From IMG/VR virus record IMGVR_UViG_3300036785_000450, positions 1-62,593 of that record: a stretch of DNA of 62,593 bases. One strand, 5' to 3'. A model generated the notes under the pieces. That model was not told the DNA's origin. It ran no database searches and saw nothing but the letters and a program-made list of their open reading frames with translations. The stretch is from a virus. Lineage: Duplodnaviria; Caudoviricetes. Shown piece after piece: positions 55,499 to 62,593 of this stretch. A program made the translations under genes and the position numbers. Positions within the stretch are counted from its first letter, which is position 1. Every line of letters starts with the position of its first letter.

Positions 55499-55516
55499 AG
55501 ATCAGATGGTGGTGAC

Positions 55517-56149
55517 ATGAGCCACAGCGCCCTCAACGGTGAGCAGTTCCATGACCACGTCCACCCCCACCAGCTAGCCCTGCCCGGCATGGAGCACCTG
55601 GCTCACCCCTGGGCCGGTCCCCTATCCCGTGGCTACATGCTGGGCTTTGAGTCAAGCGCTTCTGAGCACCACCTGCGGGCGGTGGACGTGTCCCATCCGA
55701 AGTACCCGACAGAAGCAGCGGAACTGGACTGGAAGAGGAAGAAGTCCCAGCACCCCGGCGAAGTCGCCATGGTGATCAACCTCCAAGGAAGCTATGGAGT
55801 CGATAAGGCAGAACGAGCCAGGGGCTTGGCCCCAGCGCTCTTCCACTCGGCTCACTACTTCAACTTCGGCCAGGAGACCGTGCCCATCCACTCACCGTTG
55901 CGGTCTGAGGAGGGGGAGCACTTCGCCAACAAGGTGCGCCCCGATCTCAAGCCCGACGTCTGGCACAACTACGTGACCGGGGTTGAGCAACGCCAGGCTG
56001 GAAAACCTAGAGGCGAACCCGCTGCCTGGGAGGGCGTGCATTACGGCCTCCATCCCTTTGAGCGAGCCGAGCAGGCGAAGCAGGAGCAGACCAGGAAGAA
56101 GCAGTCAGGCAAGTTGCAGTCTCGATCCTCACAGGGACGCCTGTTCTGA
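55517..56149 (+). CDS. GNAT-like protein with LxxxQF tag and C-terminal QGRLF
   Basis: MSHSALNGEQF; GEV...ERARGLAPALF and HS.LRS.EGE.FA parallel the 24652-25053 GNAT. Confidence 0.65.
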   Translation: MSHSALNGEQFHDHVHPHQLALPGMEHLAHPWAGPLSRGYMLGFESSASEHHLRAVDVSHPKYPTEAAELDWKRKKSQHPGEVAMVINLQGSYGVDKAERARGLAPALFHSAHYFNFGQETVPIHSPLRSEEGEHFANKVRPDLKPDVWHNYVTGVEQRQAGKPRGEPAAWEGVHYGLHPFERAEQAKQEQTRKKQSGKLQSRSSQGRLF

Positions 56150-56655
56150 TGCCCCTCTACACCTCGGGCTGGGAACAGAAGAACCAGATGCTCCGCATGA
56201 ATGAGATCATGCGGAACTACGGCCGCTACTGGGGCGAGAACGTGCTGTGGGCCGAGTACAACGCCATGGCCTCCACCAAGCACCGGGTCTACGACGAGGG
56301 ACCGTCACGAGCCTGGTATCCGCCCGTGGTGCTGCCGGTCATCTTCCTCGACTTCCGCCAGGACGACCCCATCGACTCGGAGGAGGGCTTCTACGTCCTG
56401 TCCACGGCCAGCATCGTCTTCCAGATCACTGAGGCCAACGACCGGTTCCGCACCAGCCCACTCCAGACAGCGGCGCACTTCCGGGACCGCTTCAGCTACG
56501 ACAACGTCGTCTATCGGGTGTCCAAGTACGAGAAGCAGGGCTTTGTCCACGGTCAGTATCTCACCGTGAGTGCCCTGGGCGAGCAGGTCAAGGCCGAAGA
56601 GGTTGTCAATGATACCCAACAACAGGATTTCTTTGTACAACAGATGACATGGTAG
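56149..56655 (+). CDS. Putative head closure/neck protein
   Basis: VYDEG..W.PP..LPV, GFY, DRF.YD..VY.V; function inferred from context. Confidence 0.6.
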   Translation: MPLYTSGWEQKNQMLRMNEIMRNYGRYWGENVLWAEYNAMASTKHRVYDEGPSRAWYPPVVLPVIFLDFRQDDPIDSEEGFYVLSTASIVFQITEANDRFRTSPLQTAAHFRDRFSYDNVVYRVSKYEKQGFVHGQYLTVSALGEQVKAEEVVNDTQQQDFFVQQMTW

Positions 56656-56679
56656 TGAAGAACATGTTATCATCCACCC

Positions 56680-57285
56680 ATGGGAGAGACCTACGGATGG
56701 TGGACAGTGGTGTCTGACGAGATCGAGGGGAAGGGATCACTTCGTACCTTGCTCTGCGAATGTCGTTGCGGAACACGAAAGCGTGTCTACTTGAACAGCC
56801 TGAGATCAGGCAGTTCAAAGTCCTGCGGAGCATGTGGGAGCAAAGGGAGGCCGAAAACTCACGGCCACACCCTTCAGGGACACCAATCGAAGCTATACGC
56901 AGTCTGGGTCGCCATGAAGCAGCGATGCGAGAATCCTCAGAACAAGAACTACGACCGCTATGGCGGTGACGGCATCCTGGTCTGTGAGGAGTGGCACGAC
57001 GCCGCCATTTTTATCGACTGGGCGCTATCCCATGGTTATGAGGAAGGTCTGACACTGGACCGTACCGACAACGACGGGGACTACGAGCCAAGTAACTGCC
57101 GCTGGGTTACTCGCTCCGAGCAGATGCGAAACATGAAAAAGACAGTGTTCATCACCGCCTGGGGAGAAACGAAGCCTTTTTCGGTCTGGCTTGAAGACCC
57201 AAGATGTCTGGTGAAGCGGGCTACGATCAGGCATCGCCTCAAGGTTGGCTGGTCTCCAGAGCCTGCCATGTCCACACCGACGTGA
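56680..57285 (+). CDS. HNH homing endonuclease (paralog of the 54293 HNH)
   Basis: LCECRCG, MKQRCENP...YGGDGI.VCEEW, LDRTDNDGDYEPSNCRW, ITAWGETK. Confidence 0.9.
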   Translation: MGETYGWWTVVSDEIEGKGSLRTLLCECRCGTRKRVYLNSLRSGSSKSCGACGSKGRPKTHGHTLQGHQSKLYAVWVAMKQRCENPQNKNYDRYGGDGILVCEEWHDAAIFIDWALSHGYEEGLTLDRTDNDGDYEPSNCRWVTRSEQMRNMKKTVFITAWGETKPFSVWLEDPRCLVKRATIRHRLKVGWSPEPAMSTPT

Positions 57286-57292
57286 GGGAGCG

Positions 57293-57742
57293 ATGACGAC
57301 CGCTCAGTACGACTTCTACTGCAACGCCGGGGCTGACTTCCAGAAGGTCATCCGCATGCGGGACAACATCACCGGCCACCTGGTGGCGCTACTCAACGCC
57401 GTCATGGAGATCCGCAACCAGAACCACATCCTGGTCATGCGGCTCGACGCCAACAGCGGCCGGTGCCTCATCGCTGCGGACGGCGCCACCATCCAGCTTC
57501 ACATCACCGCCAACGACAGCCTGGAAGCCTTCCAGTGGGGCAACTTCCCCGGGTCGGTCCAGGCCGTGGGGTACTGGGGTATCGGGCGCTCCTACCTCTA
57601 CGACATGTTCGTCACCTACGTGAACGGGCCGATGGACCGGATCCTGCGAGGGTTTTTCTACGTGGACCCCAACATCACCGAGCCGCACAACCCGGCGCTC
57701 AACCCGGCCCTTGCCATCGGACTGAGAGGCAACTATGAGTGA
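57293..57742 (+). CDS. Putative tail fiber-associated Ig-like protein
   Basis: GADF...MEIR...I.LHIT...YLYDM...RIL.G.F.V.PNIT; GAGGGAG RBS. Confidence 0.65.
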   Translation: MTTAQYDFYCNAGADFQKVIRMRDNITGHLVALLNAVMEIRNQNHILVMRLDANSGRCLIAADGATIQLHITANDSLEAFQWGNFPGSVQAVGYWGIGRSYLYDMFVTYVNGPMDRILRGFFYVDPNITEPHNPALNPALAIGLRGNYE

Positions 57743-58526
57743 CGTCACCGTCATTACTACCGCCCCTGACGTCATCGAGATCCTGACGCCCGGACTGCCG
57801 GGGCCGCCAGGAGTACCAGGCCCTGCTGGTGGTCAGGGGGCGCAGGGCAGCGTCGGTCCCCCAGGTCCAGTCGGTGGTGTCGGACCACAGGGACCTCCTG
57901 GTGGCTTCGTGGTTGCGGCCGTGGTGACCGACCCCAGCTACCTGCCTGCGGTCCCCACCGAGGAGCAGGCGGGCATGGTGTGGCTGGTGGGCACGACGAG
58001 CTACGTCGTCTACTACTACAACACCCAGACCGGCTGGCAGATCCTGAACATCGCCAGCGGTCCCCAGGGACCACCAGGCGCCGCCGGAGCCACCGGGTTG
58101 ACCGGGCCGCAGGGCGTGCCCGGAGGTACGGGGCCGCAGGGACCGGTCGGACCCCAGGGCATCCCCGGGAACATGGGCACACTGGTGCAGCCCTCCTGGC
58201 ATGATGCCACCAGCCTGCTCGCCAGTCCCTGGGTGGCCGTGGTCGGGTCCACCCTCTCCTATCTGATCGATGCCTGGGGCCGGTGCCAGTTGCGGGGCGA
58301 GATCTTCTACTCCAGTGGCAACCCGGTCGACGGCACCACCATGATGGCCTGTCCCCCTGGTACTACACCGACCAAGACCGTCTCTCTGCCAGCCATCGAA
58401 GACGTCATCCCAGCCCGGGTGTACCGAGTCGACGTAAGCACCGATGGCAACATCTACCTACGGTCCCCCGCCCTGAACACCACCGGGCAACTCTTCCTCG
58501 ACAACCTCAGTTGGATGACCCAATAG
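57735..58526 (+). CDS. Collagen-like tail fiber protein
   Basis: Two Gly-X-Y tracts; C-terminal GRCQLRG...P.G..P beta domain. Confidence 0.8.
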   Translation: MSDVTVITTAPDVIEILTPGLPGPPGVPGPAGGQGAQGSVGPPGPVGGVGPQGPPGGFVVAAVVTDPSYLPAVPTEEQAGMVWLVGTTSYVVYYYNTQTGWQILNIASGPQGPPGAAGATGLTGPQGVPGGTGPQGPVGPQGIPGNMGTLVQPSWHDATSLLASPWVAVVGSTLSYLIDAWGRCQLRGEIFYSSGNPVDGTTMMACPPGTTPTKTVSLPAIEDVIPARVYRVDVSTDGNIYLRSPALNTTGQLFLDNLSWMTQ

Positions 58527-58533
58527 GAGATCG

Positions 58534-58737
58534 ATGACCACCACCAAACCCCCTGAGCCGCAAGCCGATCCCGCTGAGGAACCACATGAGGACTCCGAAT
58601 GGCACCTGTTGCCGAGCCCGGAGCGCTTGCGGGAGATGACCCCTGAGCAACGGGCCGAGATACGGGCGCAGGTCGCTGACTGGGAGGGTGACCTTGTCGA
58701 GCGGTGGCAGGAACGGGTGGGAGAGGAGTTCGACTGA
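58534..58737 (+). CDS. Small acidic protein
   Basis: AGGAG RBS. Confidence 0.65.
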   Translation: MTTTKPPEPQADPAEEPHEDSEWHLLPSPERLREMTPEQRAEIRAQVADWEGDLVERWQERVGEEFD

Positions 58738-58745
58738 TGGCGCTA

Positions 58746-59195
58746 TCAAGCGGACCTGCGACGTGCCCGCAACATCCGCTGATACTCACGCCGACATCTC
58801 ATGCACTGCCGCCATCCATCCGGCGCAACGTATGTGTTCGCTTCGTCATAAGGATGCCCAAGCGGGCAGTGGGTCTTTCTGGCGTTGATCGCTGTCGGGG
58901 CCATGCCTCGCAACGTGTTCTCTCGGTGCGACACCAACTCAAGATGCTTGGGGTTGACGCAGGCTCGGTTGCGGCAGAGATGATCGCACTCCAGTCCTTC
59001 GGGGATGGGACCGTTGTAAATCGTCCACATGACACGGTGTGCCCGCAACATCGTCCCCGGTCGTGCTGGCGGTCCTGCGCTGATCGCCCCATACCCATTA
59101 GTCCTAGCACCCTGCCAGACCCAGCAGTCGTTCGGAGCGCCCTTCGTGACGAAACGCCAGATCCGCTCTTCAACAGGAAGGGGTTTCTGTGCCAT
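58746..59195 (-). CDS. HNH homing endonuclease (paralog of 26634-27068)
   Basis: CWVWQG, AHRV.W, GPIPEGLECDHLCRNRACVNPKHLE, THCPLGH..CMRC. Confidence 0.9.
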   Translation of the reverse strand: MAQKPLPVEERIWRFVTKGAPNDCWVWQGARTNGYGAISAGPPARPGTMLRAHRVMWTIYNGPIPEGLECDHLCRNRACVNPKHLELVSHRENTLRGMAPTAINARKTHCPLGHPYDEANTYVAPDGWRQCMRCRREYQRMLRARRRSA

Positions 59196-60058
59196 TGCAG
59201 AGGATAGCATATCCCAGTCCCAACTACTCCAGTCGGGGCGGATCGGGTGTGCGCCTGGCGGTGGTACACACCGCCCAGGGCAGCACCACCATCGAGAGCT
59301 TGGGAAACTTTTTCGCCAGTTCCTCCAGCGGCGTCAGTTCCCACACCGGAATCGATGACAAGGCCGGGATCATCGGAGAGTACGTCAGGCGGGACTACAA
59401 GGCTTGGACAGCGGCAAACGCCAATCCCTACAGCGTGCAGACCGAGATCTGTGGCTTCGCTGAGTGGACCCCAGCACAGTGGGACGCCCACCCCAACATG
59501 CTATCCAACTGCGCTGCCTGGCTGGGCGAGGAGTGCGCCCATTTCGGCATCCCCCTGGTCAAGCTGACCGCAGCCCAGGCTCAGGGTGGAGTGGCCGGAG
59601 TATGCGGCCATGTGGATCTGGGTTCAGCAGGCGGCGGGCACTGGGATCCAGGCCCGTCGTTTCCATGGGACCGAGTTATGGCAATGGCAACAGGTACGCA
59701 GATGGCTGCCGCTCGTTTCGGCAGCGGACAGGAGGACGCAAACGTGGCACTGATAACCGGACCGAGCGGGGAGCGGGTTGATCTGCTGTTTGTGGCCATC
59801 AACGGCGCCGTGCATCACTGGTGGGCCAACAGCCCGGCCGAGATGTCCAATCCCGGCACCACCCGAGCGGGCGAGATATTGGATGGCCGTGTCCGCCCCG
59901 GCGGCGGGGTATCGGGTGGCTGGACAGCCGACGGCCGCACGTTCGTGGCGGTGTGTGAGGGGGTCGACAACCGCCCGTACATGAACTACCAGGACGGCGT
60001 CCGCTGGTCAGGCTGGTTCCCGATCGGTGACGCCGACATGCTGCGCACCCCCGCCTAG
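59189..60058 (+). CDS. Endolysin, N-acetylmuramoyl-L-alanine amidase (Amidase_2)
   Basis: SPNYSSR, VVHTA, SSH, AWTA..ANP.S.Q.E, GVCGH, HWDPG.FPWD. Confidence 0.92.
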   Translation: MPLQRIAYPSPNYSSRGGSGVRLAVVHTAQGSTTIESLGNFFASSSSGVSSHTGIDDKAGIIGEYVRRDYKAWTAANANPYSVQTEICGFAEWTPAQWDAHPNMLSNCAAWLGEECAHFGIPLVKLTAAQAQGGVAGVCGHVDLGSAGGGHWDPGPSFPWDRVMAMATGTQMAAARFGSGQEDANVALITGPSGERVDLLFVAINGAVHHWWANSPAEMSNPGTTRAGEILDGRVRPGGGVSGGWTADGRTFVAVCEGVDNRPYMNYQDGVRWSGWFPIGDADMLRTPA

Positions 60059-60062
60059 GGCT

Positions 60063-60251
60063 GTGCCCTGGACACTGAAGCGGGAGATCTACCTGATCCT
60101 GATCGGCGTGATCGTCTTGGTCCTGGCGATCATCATCCTGCTTCGTAACCGAAACATTGACACCGACCTGCTGGCCGTGATCGGACTGCTGGGTGGACTC
60201 GCCATTGTGATTGTGTCCCTGCCTATCAACGGCAATGGGAAAGAAAAATGA
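60063..60251 (+). CDS. Putative holin (two TM segments)
   Basis: Two hydrophobic segments, charged C-terminus, directly after the endolysin. Confidence 0.65.
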   Translation: MPWTLKREIYLILIGVIVLVLAIIILLRNRNIDTDLLAVIGLLGGLAIVIVSLPINGNGKEK

Positions 60252-60254
60252 CGC

Positions 60255-62593
60255 TCACTCCGAGTCACTCACCAGGCGAGTGGTGAAGATGTCGTCCAGG
60301 TAGCCGGTCGCGCCCACCATGAGCGGATCCTCGCCCTCCAGGGCGGCGATCTGGTCGAAGAGGGTGGACACCTTGTGCCGTATGTCAGCCTCCACCATCA
60401 GACCGCTGTGTACTGCCATGGCGACACGGGTGATCTCAGTCACTGCTGCGTTCACCGTCATCGAGGTAGTGGCCGAAAACTCAGGTGAGACACCGATGAC
60501 CATCTGAGACTGGACCATGAGTGATGTTACCGCCGAGAGATCCACATTGCCGACCACCGAGGAGAGGGCCTGCATCGAGGCCAACGCCGACATGGTCACC
60601 TGGCCCTGGATGATGCTCCAAGTCTTGGCAACCAGGGTCAGACCAGCTACCGCCGCCAGAGAGACGGTGGCAAAGGCGAGATCTTGACCGACGATCTGAA
60701 GCGAGGCTGACGCCGACAGAGCCACCTGTGCCTGGATAATGCTCCAGGTCCGGGCCACCAGGGTCAGCCCAGCCACCGGGGTCATGCTGACGACGGCCAA
60801 TGCCTGATACGTCGCAGTGACCGAGAGCGAGGCGACACCGGTCATGGTGACAGTGGCGGCGTTAAAACCTCCAGGCGAGACGAGCAGACTCGCCGTGGCG
60901 ACAGCCACGAAGGCAGCCAGTTCCTGAACGGTGCCAGCCACCACAACACCCGCCAAGGCCGACAGCGCTATGACACCGATCTCCTGGATCGTGGCTGTCA
61001 CTGCCAGACTCGCAGTCCCACTGAGAGCCACGCTGGCCTGCGGGGCAGTCAGACCATTGACCACCATGGTGGCTACGGCTGCCAGGGCTACGGTGCCAGT
61101 CACGCCGCCCAAGGTCGACACAGTCAGTGCCGCCGTGCCTGACATGGCTACCGTGAAGATGTAGGTCGGCACCCCGGTCGCTGTCAGCGTCGTTGTAGCT
61201 ACCAGGGTCACGGCGCTGAACTGCTGCACCTTGGCAGCCGCACTCAGACCGGCTATAGCCGAAAGAACTACGGAAGCCACCTCAGTCACCGAGTAGGTGC
61301 CGACACTGAGAGCGCCAGTGGCGGTGAGACTGGCTGTGCCAGTATCAATCGCAGACAGGGCGATGAGCATGTTTGACTGGGCAGACTCGGTGACGGCACC
61401 GAAGACCTGCGCCTGACCGGCGACTGCGAGGCCACTGGTACCGACCAGTGCGACCGTGGAAAGCTGAACCCGGGTACCAGTGGTGATCAGGGAGGTACTG
61501 GCAGTCAAGGCCGCACTGGCGACCTCAGTGGCCGACGAAGCGACGGTGAGACTGACGGCGCCAGCAAGGGTGACCGTTGCGTACTGAGTTCGGGTAGCGG
61601 CCACGGTCAGAGACGTCGAGCCAAGCAGACTGACTGAGGCGACCTCTGTGACAGCAGCGGTGAGAGCGAGTGAAGAGCTTGCCGACTCAGACACACTGGC
61701 AAGCTCAGTTACCAGACCCGAAAGGTTCAGGGCCGCACCACCAGCCAAGGTGACTGCTGCTAGCTGCTGGGCTGTTGCGGTAACCGTCATTCCAGCGAGA
61801 GCTACCTCTGTGACCGTCGTGACCCCGGCAGTCAAGCCAGTGACGGCCATGGCGGCGGTGGCCGCCTCGGTCACCGCACCCACCTCGGTGACCGCCCCGG
61901 TGACCGTCAGACCAGCGCTACCTGCCTGGGCGACGGCGCCAACAGCGGTGCGGGCGCCGATGACAGTCAGCGATGCCGAGGCTGTCTCGGTCACTACGGC
62001 TCGCTCGGTCACTGAGCCGGTGATGGTCAAACCTGCGACTGCCGATTCTGATACGCCTCCGCTCACCAAGACGACGCCGACGAACATGCCACTGGCGCTG
62101 ACGTGCTCGACTACTGTCGCCACCTCCAGGACCAAGGCGGCGAGTGTCAGTCCGGCGGTAGCAGCGCCCGCAAATACGCCAGGTACTACCGCCCCGGTGC
62201 TACTCCCTCCCTGGTAATGAGCAAGCACCTGCGCAGCAGTGAGTACGTAGTTGTAGACCGCTGGCTTGGAGATAGAGCCCTGGAAGTACGCCGAAGTACC
62301 GACGCCTTGGTCATGGCGCTGACCGATGCGAAATTCATGGATTGAATAGCTAGGTGGCCCGCCCGGCGTCGTTTGCAAGAGCACACCGTTTTTGTATAGG
62401 CGCAGATTCGTACCGTCGTAAGTGCCAACAACATGGAACCACTGGTTCAATGCAAGCGGCACATCGGTGCAGACAGTCCATCCCGGTGACGGGGCGTAGA
62501 AACCAAAGCTCAGATTGTTTCCACCGTCGTTGACGCCGTTTCCGATTTCATAGCCCACGGTATCTGACACATACGCGTTGGAGCATACGTAGC
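60255..62593 (-). CDS. LamG-domain virion protein with a long Ala/Val/Thr beta-repeat stalk (5' partial)
   Basis: QWFHVVGTYDG..LRLYKNG...FQGSI..PAVY; frame stays open to the window edge. Confidence 0.8.
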   Translation of the reverse strand, partial: YVCSNAYVSDTVGYEIGNGVNDGGNNLSFGFYAPSPGWTVCTDVPLALNQWFHVVGTYDGTNLRLYKNGVLLQTTPGGPPSYSIHEFRIGQRHDQGVGTSAYFQGSISKPAVYNYVLTAAQVLAHYQGGSSTGAVVPGVFAGAATAGLTLAALVLEVATVVEHVSASGMFVGVVLVSGGVSESAVAGLTITGSVTERAVVTETASASLTVIGARTAVGAVAQAGSAGLTVTGAVTEVGAVTEAATAAMAVTGLTAGVTTVTEVALAGMTVTATAQQLAAVTLAGGAALNLSGLVTELASVSESASSSLALTAAVTEVASVSLLGSTSLTVAATRTQYATVTLAGAVSLTVASSATEVASAALTASTSLITTGTRVQLSTVALVGTSGLAVAGQAQVFGAVTESAQSNMLIALSAIDTGTASLTATGALSVGTYSVTEVASVVLSAIAGLSAAAKVQQFSAVTLVATTTLTATGVPTYIFTVAMSGTAALTVSTLGGVTGTVALAAVATMVVNGLTAPQASVALSGTASLAVTATIQEIGVIALSALAGVVVAGTVQELAAFVAVATASLLVSPGGFNAATVTMTGVASLSVTATYQALAVVSMTPVAGLTLVARTWSIIQAQVALSASASLQIVGQDLAFATVSLAAVAGLTLVAKTWSIIQGQVTMSALASMQALSSVVGNVDLSAVTSLMVQSQMVIGVSPEFSATTSMTVNAAVTEITRVAMAVHSGLMVEADIRHKVSTLFDQIAALEGEDPLMVGATGYLDDIFTTRLVSDSE

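Overview
High-GC segment of a large contractile-tailed (myovirus-type) bacteriophage. The host is very probably an actinobacterium, judging from WhiB, a Pup-like peptide and pervasive leaderless TANNNT-N6-8-ATG promoters. From left to right: (1) a structured G-rich pentamer array running off the left edge; (2) small accessory genes, an atypical tRNA-Trp and a ~700-nt non-coding tract; (3) a divergent early-type region with an SNF2 helicase, a separately encoded HARP-like protein, ArdC and many small Cys-rich ORFs, under a shared promoter motif; (4) a glycosyltransferase, dCTP deaminase, a LamG protein, a degenerate TGT/DpdA-like protein and WhiB; (5) a cluster of small enzymes (ADP-ribosyltransferase-like, GNAT, ParB-like) sharing an N-terminal M-S-x-x-[AV]-L-[SN]-x-x-Q-F tag; (6) KTSC, Pup-mimic, AT-hook, SAP and IPT proteins; (7) a contractile tail/baseplate module, putative neck genes, an amidase endolysin and a putative holin. 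Four HNH endonucleases are present, one in the tagged cluster and three in the neck/lysis region. The two best candidates for undescribed systems are the 11-member tagged protein family, a putative virion-packaged and injected effector set, and the GTCA-(GGNNN)6/8 array, a putative guide-like ncRNA. All calls come from visual motif recognition only; no searches were run.
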